NCBI GenBank assembly: GCA_050014275.1 | Contig: JBEKDQ010000002.1 | Span: 1-38,860 of the forward strand | From: Desulfobaccales bacterium | GTDB lineage: Bacteria; Desulfobacterota; Desulfobaccia; Desulfobaccales; 0-14-0-80-60-11 | Length of the DNA stretch: 38,860 bases | Direction: 5' to 3' | Shown here: one piece after another, positions 1 through 11,304 of the stretch | Position numbering within the stretch: position 1 is the stretch's first letter | How the letters are laid out: every line of letters begins with the position of its first letter | The notes under the pieces: generated by a model | What the model was told of the DNA's origin: nothing | Databases searched by the model: none | Seen by the model: the letters and a program-made list of their open reading frames with translations, nothing else | Translations under genes and position numbers: made by a program

Positions 1-2
1 AA

Positions 3-404
3 ATGGTGTCCCAGGCCTTGAGTCTCAGCCGTCAGGCGCTGCAAAGCGACGATGGAGAGGAGCTATATATCGAGGGTACCAGCCGCATCCTGGACTACCC
101 GGAGTTTGCCGAGGACGTGGCTAAACTCCGCACCATGTTCATGGCCTTCGAAGAGAAACACCGGCTCATCACCCTGCTGGATCAAACCCTGGCGGCCCAG
201 GGAGTACAGATCATCATCAGCCCCGGCGAGCCCTTTCCCGAGATGCAACTGAGCCTGGTGGCCTCCTCATACGGATCCCGGCGTGCTTCCTTGGGCTGCC
301 TGGGGATCATCGGCCCCATGCGCATGGATTATGCCCGGCTGGTTCCCATAGTACGCTATACCGCCTCCCTGGTCAGCGACTTGCTCAATGAGCGGCAGAC
401 CTGA
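3..404 (+). CDS. hrcA: Heat-inducible transcription repressor HrcA, C-terminal part (5' end outside window)
   Basis: ORF is open to the left edge. The translated C-terminus (..GCLGIIGPMRMDYARLVPIVRYTASLVSDLL..) looks like the conserved HrcA C-terminal block. It lies directly upstream of grpE-dnaK, the classical hrcA-grpE-dnaK order. Confidence 0.85.
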   Translation: MVSQALSLSRQALQSDDGEELYIEGTSRILDYPEFAEDVAKLRTMFMAFEEKHRLITLLDQTLAAQGVQIIISPGEPFPEMQLSLVASSYGSRRASLGCLGIIGPMRMDYARLVPIVRYTASLVSDLLNERQT

Positions 405-481
405 GCATCTTGCAAGTTCTGTAGATCAGCGACCTGCCTGGAGTGGCCTTTTGCAGGCGAACGAGAAGGAGAAATGGTTTT

Positions 482-1090
482 ATGGCCGCAGCCAAACATC
501 ACAAGCGAGAGCATCCTGAGGGCGCCCCGGAGGCTTCCCCGTTGCCCGAGACCGCCGCGCCGGCGCCGCCGGCCGATATGCCTCAGTTGCAGCTCCAGTT
601 GGAAGAAAAAACCAAGGAAGCCCAGGAGAATTACGAGCGGTTCCTCCGGCTCGCCGCGGAAATGGATAACCTGAAGAAACGGCTGGAGCGGGAGAAGGCC
701 GATCTGCTGCAATTCGCCAACGAAAACTTGATCAAAGAGCTGCTGCCCGTGGTGGACCATCTGGATCTGGCCCTGGAACACGGCCGGCAAGTCGCGACCC
801 CGGCCCCTTTCCTGGAAGGTCTCGAACTGGTGCACCAGGGATTTCTCAAGGCCCTGGACCGGTTCGGGGTGACTCCTCTGGTAGCGGTGGGCCAGCAATT
901 CGACCCGGCTTACCACAACGCAGTGCTGCAGGAATCCGCCCCGGAGGTTCCCGATTACACCGTGCTTAAGGAACTGCAGAAAGGTTACCTGCTCCATGGC
1001 CGCCTGCTGCGGCCGGCCATGGTGATAGTGGCCCGCAATACCCAAGAGACTTCATCTCAAACCGATTCTACTGATCAGGAGGAGAGTTAA
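482..1090 (+). CDS. grpE: Nucleotide exchange factor GrpE
   Basis: GrpE-like sequence (..RLAAEMDNLKKRLEREK.., ..FDPAYHNAV.., ..GYLLHGRLLRPAMV..). ATG at 482 follows AAGGAG (466-471). The tracked ORF starts at GTG 443, which is an alternative start. Stop TAA abuts the dnaK ATG. Confidence 0.9.
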   Translation: MAAAKHHKREHPEGAPEASPLPETAAPAPPADMPQLQLQLEEKTKEAQENYERFLRLAAEMDNLKKRLEREKADLLQFANENLIKELLPVVDHLDLALEHGRQVATPAPFLEGLELVHQGFLKALDRFGVTPLVAVGQQFDPAYHNAVLQESAPEVPDYTVLKELQKGYLLHGRLLRPAMVIVARNTQETSSQTDSTDQEES

Positions 1091-3025
<1,935 letters not shown>

Positions 3026-3060
3026 GGCGAGAGCTCATTTTAATCTCTGCGGCCAAACAG

Positions 3061-3096
3061 AAAGGGCGGGATTTTCCCGCCCTTTCACTTTTTTTT
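3061..3096 (+). terminator. Rho-independent terminator of the dnaK operon
   Basis: AAAGGGCGGGA-TTT-TCCCGCCCTTT forms an 11-bp perfect stem with a 3-nt loop, followed by CAC and a run of 8 T (3089-3096). It begins 36 nt after the dnaK stop. Confidence 0.8.
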
Positions 3097-3327
3097 GCCT
3101 CCTTTCCTCGGTCTCAGCGGGGAAAAGGCATTGGCGATTGGTCAGAGCCGCCCAGTTTCCGCCCTGGGATAATCTTTCCTAAAGAATAATGGTCCCTTGT
3201 CCCCCTTGAGGGGGGAGAAGTCATGGGGCGCCTTCAACGGCACTCTTGCCAAGAATGCCTTCAGCGCTCCTCGCCGTGACTGTGAGATGGGTGAAAATCC
3301 TTTCATCTTGCTCCAAAAGGCAAGCTG

Positions 3328-3837
3328 CTACCCCTTTGGCCCGCCACGTCCACCACCTTTAAAATACCTTGTAAGCTGCAACACATCTTTTGGTACGAGA
3401 CGTCCTATTGCCCCCGAACTATAACAGGCTATAAGAATGGTCTTGTCCGGACGCAAAAGAAAGCCCGTGGCATGGAGGTACATTTCTTCTTTATCGTAAT
3501 AAGCCCCCGTGATTCTCGATATTTCCTCTGCGACCAGTCCGTAACCGACAGGAAAGGTGATCCCATGTCTATCAATTATTTTTCTAGCGTCCTCAATTGA
3601 GTCGACCGATGCAGCAACGATCTTAATCTCTTCAGACTTGAGTTCCTGATATGATCTTTGGAAGTCAGCCAACTGCTGATTGCAGAAAGCTCACCATTCA
3701 CCACGATAGATCAGAACTACGCTGTATCCCTGGCCCATTCCTTCAGGAAGGTTCAGCTTTTCCCCGGAAACCAATTGAAATTCCATTTTGGGAAACATAT
3801 TGTCGGTATCTAAATACGCTGTTCCTATTCGTGCCAT
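3328..3837 (-). CDS. Peroxiredoxin-like (AhpC/TSA / redoxin family) thiol oxidoreductase, candidate selenoprotein with in-frame UGA at 3693-3691 (U49-x-x-C52)
   Basis: Minus-strand ATG at 3837 is preceded by AAAGGAGGGTGAT. Translation gives MARIGTAYLDTDNMFPKMEFQLVSGEKLNLPEGMGQGYSVVLIYRGEW, then TGA, then AFCNQQLADFQRSYQELK.. in the same frame as tracked ORF 3328..3672. The TGA occupies the first Cys of the WCxxC redox motif. Confidence 0.7.
3656..3689 (-). promoter_or_regulatory. Candidate bacterial SECIS hairpin downstream of the UGA
   Basis: In the mRNA, the sequence after UGA is G-CUUU-cugcaa-UCAGC-AGUUG-GCUGA-cuucc-AAAG. The upper 5-bp stem starts 11 nt after the UGA and the apical loop contains G/U. 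Folded by eye only. Confidence 0.4.
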
Positions 3838-4030
3838 ATCACCCTCCTTTATTTCTTTTTTTGTAGAGCCTCAAAGGTAATGCTTATAAGATAGGTATGA
3901 GGATTGTCGTGTCAAGAAGCCGGACGCAGTGGAATATGTGGGAACTCCAATACTAGCTCTGCTTAAACTCCCTGAGCAAGATAGTGACTATCTTGCCATG
4001 AACGAAACTTATTGGATTCCCAGGAAAAAA

Positions 4031-4780
4031 TTATGATAAGATTCGCTTATCGGTACCACCATCTTCAAGCCCCCTGGCAATTTCCGCGGCCACCCGGCGG
4101 GCCGCCTCAGCCGGAGAGGCAGCCAGGCGGATGGGACGTCCCACCACGATATAATCGGCCCCGGCCCGGATGGCTTCATAAGGGGTGGTGACGCGGCTCT
4201 GATCATCCCCCGGCACGGCGGCCCAGGCCGGCCTGATGGCCGGGCAGACCACCAGGAAATCCGGCCCGAAGGCCGCTTTGACCGCCTCGGCCTCGGTGCC
4301 GGCGCACACCACCCCGTCACAGCCGGCCTCCTTGGCAAGCTTCGCCCTCAGGAGAACCAGTTTTGTAGGATTCCTGGCATACTCCGGGGCAATGCCCACG
4401 GCTTCCAGATCATCCGGCCCTAGATGGGTAAGAACCGTAACCCCCAGAACCTTGACCCCATTTTTCAGGGCCGCGACACTGGCCTTAAGGGTTTTGCGCC
4501 CCTGGTCCACATGAACCGTTGCCAGTTTTGCCCCCTTCATAATCCTGGCTTGGGCGCCTCTGATGGTGGCAGGAATATCATGAAATTTAAGATCGAGGAA
4601 GTAATCGACGCGGGCCGTGTTGGCCAGGAATTGCAGAAAAGCGGGACCTTCAGCCACAAAGAGTTCCATCCCGACCTTAAAAAGTCCAACCTCATCTTTT
4701 AATAGAGAAAGATATCTCTCGGCTTCAGCCTTATTAGGGACATCCAGGGGAAAGATGAGGCGGTCTTTGGGCTGCGGCAT
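4031..4780 (-). CDS. pyrF: Orotidine 5'-phosphate decarboxylase
   Basis: PyrF motifs: RLIFPLDVP.., FKVGMELF, FLDLKFHDIPATI, IVVGRPI. ATG at 4780 chosen (MPQPKDRLIFPLD). The tracked ORF extends to GTG 4831. Confidence 0.9.
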   Translation of the reverse strand: MPQPKDRLIFPLDVPNKAEAERYLSLLKDEVGLFKVGMELFVAEGPAFLQFLANTARVDYFLDLKFHDIPATIRGAQARIMKGAKLATVHVDQGRKTLKASVAALKNGVKVLGVTVLTHLGPDDLEAVGIAPEYARNPTKLVLLRAKLAKEAGCDGVVCAGTEAEAVKAAFGPDFLVVCPAIRPAWAAVPGDDQSRVTTPYEAIRAGADYIVVGRPIRLAASPAEAARRVAAEIARGLEDGGTDKRILS

Positions 4781-4919
4781 TTCAACCCCTTGGGGACAAA
4801 TTGCGCAATTTTTACCATCCTTCCAACGCACCAGTCAATCTAATAATTCCCAACCTGATGCCAGGTTTTTGGTATTCCCGGCTCGGACCGCCGCCCCGGT
4901 GATCCTCCGCCCTATTTTG

Positions 4920-7900
4920 GTTTATTCCTCACCCGGCCCTAAGGCCGGGTGCTTCTTTTATTGCATTTTTCGCTTGACATAATGTTGTACGTTTCAATCC
5001 TCACCCGGCCCTAAGGCCGGGTGCTTCCCGATCTGATCCACCAGCACCGCCCCGGTCCCGGGGAGTTTCAATCCTCACCCGGCCCTAAGGCCGGGTGCTT
5101 CGGGAAAAGCAATGTCGGAAAGACAATGGCCGACAGTTTCAATCCTCACCCGGCCCTAAGGCCGGGTGCTTCGATTGGTATCCGGGACCGGATTACAACC
5201 CTTACGGGTTTCAATCCTCACCCGGCCCTAAGGCCGGGTGCTTCCGCATTCCCGCCGCGGGTCCCTTGGATTGGGGCTTGTTTCAATGCTCACCCGGCCC
5301 TAAGGCCGGGTGCTTCAGCCTGCGGGGCTATCGCTTTGTCCAGGGGCTGCAGTTTCAATCCTCACCCGGCCCTAAGGCCGGGTGCTTCTTTGGGTGGCTA
5401 TGCCCATATGGGCCTCAGACAAACGTTTCAATCCTCACCCGGCCCTAAGGCCGGGTGCTTCCGGGGCCATTTTTTTGCCTCAATGCAACTTTAGCGGTTT
5501 CAATCCTCACCCGGCCCTAAGGCCGGGTGCTTCCTGCTGGGTGGCGGCCCAATATTGCACGCCGCCCATGTTTCAATCCTCACCCGGCCCTAAGGCCGGG
5601 TGCTTCGAGAGGCAACCGGGCGGTTGGCTGGGGCAAAGGGGTTTCAATCCTCACCCGGCCCTAAGGCCGGGTGCTTCGGGTACGCCTGCATAATTTGAGC
5701 TTTGCCGTTTTTGTTTCAATCCTCACCCGGCCCTAAGGCCGGGTGCTTCTTGAACTCTCGCCGACTTATGTGACCATGAGCGAGTTTCAATCCTCACCCG
5801 GCCCTAAGGCCGGGTGCTTCGATTGGTTGACCGAACCTGCGACTTTGGCCATTCGAGTTTCAATCCTCACCCGGCCCTAAGGCCGGGTGCTTCAGAGATT
5901 TGAGTTTGATTGCCAACTCAAGGAGAAGTGTTTCAATCCTCACCCGGCCCTAAGGCCGGGTGCTTCTATAGCGGACAACAAAATCCTTGTAATTGTGTTT
6001 GTTTCAATCCTCACCCGGCCCTAAGGCCGGGTGCTTCAAATGCCCGAAGAGCGTTTGCGGCCATCGCTTTTTGTTCCAATCCTCACCCGGCCCTAAGGCC
6101 GGGTGCTTCGCGCTATTAAAGGCGCTTACAGGAGCAATGTCGTGTTTCAATCCTCACCCGGCCCTAAGGCCGGGTGCTTCCCGGCGGAAAATCGGGGCTT
6201 CCTCCCGGCGTTTGTTTCAATCCTCACCCGGCCCTAAGGCCGGGTGCTTCTTACCCAGGGGACCGGGACCAATAATCTTTATTGGAATAGTTTCAATCCT
6301 CACCCGGCCCTAAGGCCGGGTGCTTCTTCCGCCAGCCGCGCCGTTTTGAGCGGGGATACGCTGTTTCAATCCTCACCCGGCCCTAAGGCCGGGTGCTTCA
6401 TGAGCTGGTGGCCTTACTTTCGCAGCGGCCGCAAGTTTCAATCCTCACCCGGCCCTAAGGCCGGGTGCTTCCCAGGCCCTCCTGGAGGGCGGCGGCTCCC
6501 TCTGGGTTTCAATCCTCACCCGGCCCTAAGGCCGGGTGCTTCCAGTTATAGTCCCAGGGGGGCCAGTGATCCTCCCAGTTTCAATCCTCACCCGGCCCTA
6601 AGGCCGGGTGCTTCAAGGCCGAAAATAAGAGAGATAAGCGCAATAGGAGTTTCAATCCTCACCCGGCCCTAAGGCCGGGTGCTTCACCCGCCAGGAATTC
6701 GACGAGCTGGAGGCGGAAGAGTTTCAATCCTCACCCGGCCCTAAGGCCGGGTGCTTCGGTCTGCGGGAGGTTAAGGTTCGGGGCTCCGAGATAAACAGGT
6801 TTCAATCCTCACCCGGCCCTAAGGCCGGGTGCTTCCGAGTATGCCTGGGATACGCCGGTACCCGCCGAAGTTTCAATCCTCACCCGGCCCTAAGGCCGGG
6901 TGCTTCAGGGATTGGTTGTAGGTGTTGCCGGTCGCCTCCTTGTTTCAATCCTCACCCGGCCCTAAGGCCGGGTGCTTCCCAAATAGGTACTGGACGCCAT
7001 CCTTGCTCCCAGGTTTCAATCCTCACCCGGCCCTAAGGCCGGGTGCTTCGATCCTGGGAGGGTGTGTCGCGCCATTGGCCTGCATGTTTCAATCCTCACC
7101 CGGCCCTAAGGCCGGGTGCTTCGTGGACCGACAAGGCCAGGGGCTACCTGGCCAACAAGGTTTCAATCCTCACCCGGCCCTAAGGCCGGGTGCTTCTTCA
7201 GGTCGTATTTGCCGATGCGCATGGGGATGCCGAAAGTTTCAATCCTCACCCGGCCCTAAGGCCGGGTGCTTCGTCGGAGGACCGATAGCCAGATACCGGC
7301 AAGGAGCGTTTCAATCCTCACCCGGCCCTAAGGCCGGGTGCTTCCTTTTAATCCCTTTTTCTTCCCAGCTTGTCAAGCGTTTCAATCCTCACCCGGCCCT
7401 AAGGCCGGGTGCTTCCGTTCATAGGCATCATTTCTCAGGTTTTCCTGGGCGTTTCAATCCTCACCCGGCCCTAAGGCCGGGTGCTTCCAACATCGGCGAC
7501 GCCACCCGGATGGTCTTCAAACAGTTTCAATCCTCACCCGGCCCTAAGGCCGGGTGCTTCTCACCATCGAAGGACCAATATTCAATTAGTAGTCGTTTCA
7601 ATCCTCACCCGGCCCTAAGGCCGGGTGCTTCCCGGATCGTCAAACGCTGGTGGGAAAACAAGGTGGTTTCAATCCTCACCCGGCCCTAAGGCCGGGTGCT
7701 TCGCAGGCAAAAAACTGAGATTGGCGGCCGGGCTCCTGGTTTCAATCCTCACCCGGCCCTAAGGCCGGGTGCTTCGACTTAAGGCAACAAGGTTTTCAAC
7801 TTTGAACTTTGTTTCAATCCTCACCCGGCCCTAAGGCCGGGTGCTTCCTGGCCAAAAAGGGGATTGAGGAGATTAATCAGTGGTTTCAATCCTCACCCGG

Positions 7901-9791
7901 CCCTAAGGCCGGGTGCTTCATGCAAAAGTTCGACGACCTGGAGGAGAGCGAAAGTTTCAATCCTCACCCGGCCCTAAGGCCGGGTGCTTCGCTATCCTGG
8001 ACGCCTTGCAAGGGCTTACCTGGGTTTCAATCCTCACCCGGCCCTAAGGCCGGGTGCTTCTTTCAGCCTGGGCGCTTACCGGCGCCCTTAATATGTTTCA
8101 ATCCTCACCCGGCCCTAAGGCCGGGTGCTTCTGCCCGCGGGGCGCACCAGCTCCCGCTCCACCAGGTTTCAATCCTCACCCGGCCCTAAGGCCGGGTGCT
8201 TCAGGATCCACTCGCCACCCTCCAGGCGGTGCGGATAGAAAGTTTCAATCCTCACCCGGCCCTAAGGCCGGGTGCTTCCAGAGCGGGCAACAAAGTCCTT
8301 GCAAATGTGGTTGTTTCAATCCTCACCCGGCCCTAAGGCCGGGTGCTTCCGGCGGTTAATGTTGACCGCCGATGGACGCCGCTGTTTCAATCCTCACCCG
8401 GCCCTAAGGCCGGGTGCTTCAGGCCCTCCTTAATTATAACATGGAGGTCTCCAAGTTTCAATCCTCACCCGGCCCTAAGGCCGGGTGCTTCTCAAAGGTC
8501 AGTTTGCCAAATTGCGCAAGTTGCAGTTTCAATCCTCACCCGGCCCTAAGGCCGGGTGCTTCGGCCGCCAGGGCAAGATGATCGTTCACCTGGTTCCGGT
8601 TTCAATCCTCACCCGGCCCTAAGGCCGGGTGCTTCGGCCTATTTCGCCCCCAACACAGCCACCACCACCGTTTCAATCCTCACCCGGCCCTAAGGCCGGG
8701 TGCTTCCTTTTCTGAAAAGATGGATCAACCGGGCTATCTTGTTTCAATCCTCACCCGGCCCTAAGGCCGGGTGCTTCCTGAGGTCAGCCGACCCAAGCCG
8801 CACCCCGAATGCGTTTCAATCCTCACCCGGCCCTAAGGCCGGGTGCTTCCCAGAGAAAACGGGAATACTGGCAAAAACATTATCAAGTTTCAATCCTCAC
8901 CCGGCCCTAAGGCCGGGTGCTTCTTGGTGCAGGCGGTTGCCTGGGAACCAATGAAGGAGTTTCAATCCTCACCCGGCCCTAAGGCCGGGTGCTTCCTGGG
9001 GTTCAGCGCCAACTACGCCATCTACGTGCATGGTTTCAATCCTCACCCGGCCCTAAGGCCGGGTGCTTCCTATCGTTTCACAGGAAACTAGAGATAAATT
9101 AAGCGTGTTTCAATCCTCACCCGGCCCTAAGGCCGGGTGCTTCGACCTTTTAGCCCTGTATCAGAAATGGCAAAACCTACAGTTTCAATCCTCACCCGGC
9201 CCTAAGGCCGGGTGCTTCGATCAGGGAACTGTGCCTTGCGCTCGGTTTCCCCGTTTCAATCCTCACCCGGCCCTAAGGCCGGGTGCTTCTCGAATACCTG
9301 TGCGGTGAGCTGCAGGAGTTGGCGTTTCAATCCTCACCCGGCCCTAAGGCCGGGTGCTTCGCGGGTACTCGACCTGTATGTAGCCCACGGCGGGTGTTTC
9401 AATCCTCACCCGGCCCTAAGGCCGGGTGCTTCGTGAGATCACCGGCCTAGACATCCTGGCTCTGGCCGTTTCAATCCTCACCCGGCCCTAAGGCCGGGTG
9501 CTTCCCTGCGTCCGCGCCAGCTTCGCCAGTTTTCAATTCGTTTCAATCCTCACCCGGCCCTAAGGCCGGGTGCTTCCGGGTGGGAGGCCGAGACTGTTTC
9601 AATCGTACTCTGTTTCAATCCTCACCCGGCCCTAAGGCCGGGTGCTTCGGATATTAATAGTGTTTTTCATTTTCAAAGGAAAGTTTCAATCCTCACCCGG
9701 CCCTAAGGCCGGGTGCTTCGGCAGAAAATTCGCAACGGCGATCTGTACCTGGAAGTTTCAATCCTCACCCGGCCCTAAGGCCGGGTGCTTC
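4920..9791 (-). CRISPR. CRISPR array, 68 repeats of 37 nt / 67 spacers (33-41 nt), type I-C-like repeat, transcribed on the minus strand
   Basis: Plus-strand repeat is GTTTCAATCCTCACCCGGCCCTAAGGCCGGGTGCTTC. The minus-strand reading GAAG-CACCCGGCC-TTAG-GGCCGGGTG-AGGATTGAAAC has a 9-bp hairpin and ends in ATTGAAAC. The repeat at the far end (4920-4955) is degenerate, GTTTATTCC.., 36 nt. The cas2-proximal end is at 9755-9791. Repeat positions were hand-indexed. Confidence 0.97.
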
Positions 9792-9968
9792 TCCGGCCTT
9801 TTCGGGCCGGTTTTTACGAGGTTTATAGCGCCTGCGAGCGCGTACCAGCCCCAAAAAAGGCTCCAACCGCCCAGGGGATGGCCCGCTTTGGGCTGATCTT
9901 ACTGAGTTCCCTCATTATTCTGGCCGCGCGGACCCCTGCCGGTTTTCACCCCCGCTAGGCGTTCGCTC
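9792..9968 (-). promoter_or_regulatory. CRISPR leader (between cas2 stop and first repeat)
   Basis: 177-nt non-coding stretch between the cas2 stop (9969) and the newest repeat (9791). The degenerate repeat lies at the opposite end of the array. The stretch contains TATAAA and an A/T tract near the repeat. No promoter was mapped. Confidence 0.55.
9793..9815 (+). terminator. Terminator-like hairpin at the leader/repeat junction (plus-strand sense)
   Basis: CCGGCC-TTTTCG-GGCCGG followed by TTTTT, starting 2 nt beyond the last plus-strand repeat. Confidence 0.35.
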
Positions 9969-10262
9969 TCAGATCAAAAGGGGCCGGCTAAAGTTCACTT
10001 TCTTATCCCAACCAAAAACCCGAACATTTTTTTCCAGGGGCTCCGTCAAGCGATAAATCCTAAGACTGTCTTCCTCCTTATGGATGATTTTGACCAAGGC
10101 CCGGATCAGGCGCTCAAACTGAATTTCATCAACCTCACATTCAAAGACGCTCTTCTGCACCCGTTGGCCGAAATTTTTGCACTGCTGCGCCATCCGGCGC
10201 AGGCGGCGGCGACCCGCAGCGTCTTCGGTGGAAACGTCATATGTTACCAGGACGGTCATCAT
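9969..10262 (-). CDS. cas2: CRISPR-associated endoribonuclease Cas2
   Basis: MMTVLVTYDVSTEDAAGRRRLRRMAQQCKNFGQRVQKSVFECEV.. is a typical Cas2 N-terminus. ATGATG at 10262 is preceded by GGAGAGGG, just after the cas1 stop. The tracked ORF's 63-aa N-terminal extension overlaps cas1. Confidence 0.9.
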   Translation of the reverse strand: MMTVLVTYDVSTEDAAGRRRLRRMAQQCKNFGQRVQKSVFECEVDEIQFERLIRALVKIIHKEEDSLRIYRLTEPLEKNVRVFGWDKKVNFSRPLLI

Positions 10263-10272
10263 CACCCTCTCC

Positions 10273-11304
10273 TTACTTGTGGAGATAAGGAGTATAGGCC
10301 GCCAGTTCGCCCCGCAGGTGTCGGGCCAGCAGCCGGGCCTGGATATGGGGGACCAGGCCCAGGGGCATTTTTTGCTGCGCCCCGGGATGAAAAATCTCCT
10401 CTTGTTTCCGCTCCTGGTAGGCCACCACCACCTTTTTGCGGCCTGCGTCATTCAGCAGGACCGCGCCGCCGGTGCGGCGGTCAAAGTCCGGCTCGCTTAA
10501 CTGGCGGCGGTTGATGAGGGTGAGGGTCAGCCGGTCCGCCAGGATGGGTCTGAGTTCCTCCATGAGGTCCAATCCCAGGGAGGGCCGCCCGGGCCGGAGG
10601 CTATGGAGAAAACCCATCTGGGGGTCCAGGCCGACCCCCTGGGCGCCCGCCACACAATCACTCAGCAGCAGGGCATAGAGAAAAGAGAGCAGGGCATTGG
10701 TGGGGTCCAGGGGAGGTCGGCGGGTACGGCCCGTAATGGCGAAGGTCTCCCGGTCGGCCCGGAGCATGCTGCTAAACCCGGCAAAATAATGGCGGGCGGC
10801 TTCGCCCTCCATTCCCCGGAGGGTGTCCAGGTCTGTGACTGCCGGCAACTGCATCAAAGTCTCGCCCAAGAGTTGGCCGGTATGACTTAAGAGTTCGCGG
10901 TCCTGGGGGTCGCCGGTCTCCCGGGCGCTGCGCAGGATAACGCTCCGCTGGTTCTTGAGCTTGCCGGCCACCAGGTTCCGGGCGACCTCCAGGGTCCGGA
11001 GGGGAGAGTCCATTGCCTCATGCTGGGCCCGGCGCAGCAGGACATTGCCGGAAGCCGGACCCTCCAGGCGGGCGAGGAACCGCCCGGAGCGGCTGAGCCA
11101 GATGACGGGCCGCCCGTCCTGGGCGCAGCGGCCCAAAAGGCCGGGAGAGACCATCACTTCCCCGAACAGCACCAGGCTGCCCAGGTGGTGCAGCGGCACC
11201 TGCAGCCGCACCCCTTTGTCGATTTCCACCTTGAGGGTCTCATGGTCCAGACGCAGATAAGCCCCAGACGTCTGCACATAGAGGGTATTCAACAGGGTCT
11301 TCAT
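10273..11304 (-). CDS. cas1: CRISPR-associated endonuclease Cas1 (type I-C)
   Basis: 343 aa. MKTLLNTLYVQTSGAYLRLDHETLKV.. and ..NALLSFLYALL.. match Cas1. Position between cas4 and cas2. Confidence 0.95.
   Translation of the reverse strand: MKTLLNTLYVQTSGAYLRLDHETLKVEIDKGVRLQVPLHHLGSLVLFGEVMVSPGLLGRCAQDGRPVIWLSRSGRFLARLEGPASGNVLLRRAQHEAMDSPLRTLEVARNLVAGKLKNQRSVILRSARETGDPQDRELLSHTGQLLGETLMQLPAVTDLDTLRGMEGEAARHYFAGFSSMLRADRETFAITGRTRRPPLDPTNALLSFLYALLLSDCVAGAQGVGLDPQMGFLHSLRPGRPSLGLDLMEELRPILADRLTLTLINRRQLSEPDFDRRTGGAVLLNDAGRKKVVVAYQERKQEEIFHPGAQQKMPLGLVPHIQARLLARHLRGELAAYTPYLHK

Noticed and set aside
405-481. Looked for a CIRCE operator (TTAGCACTC-N9-GAGTGCTAA) between hrcA and grpE
   Set aside because: No match seen. 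CIRCE would be expected upstream of hrcA, outside the window.
3197-3424. 75-aa plus-strand ORF downstream of dnaK
   Set aside because: It starts inside a G/C palindrome repeat (TCCCCCTTGAGGGGGGA), has no RBS, and overlaps the 3' end of the redoxin gene on the other strand.
3691-3693. Reading the TGA as a plain nonsense mutation (redoxin pseudogene)
   Set aside because: Not fully excluded, but disfavoured. Both halves stay in one frame with intact family-like sequence, the stop falls exactly on the redox-active Cys position, and a suitably placed hairpin follows. Kept as the refutation condition of the selenoprotein finding.
9505-9611. The third and fourth spacers from the leader end (spacers 64 and 65) contain repeat-like strings (GTTTTCAATTC and GTTTCAATC), which hinted at spacers acquired from a CRISPR array
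   Set aside because: Only a 9-nt exact match, and the other is imperfect. A rough estimate over about 2,300 nt of spacer sequence and a 37-nt repeat on both strands gives an expected number of chance 9-mer hits of the order of 0.5. Not significant.
4982-9896. About 25 plus-strand ORFs (60-255 aa) full of recurring FNPHPALRPGAS / FQSSPGPKAGCF / VSILTRP peptides
   Set aside because: They are translations of the 37-nt CRISPR repeat in three frames, stitched together by spacers. They are not genes.
10263-10451. 63-aa N-terminal extension of the cas2 ORF
   Set aside because: It overlaps the cas1 3' end in another frame. The conserved Cas2 N-terminus (MMTVLVTYDV) starts at 10262 behind an RBS.
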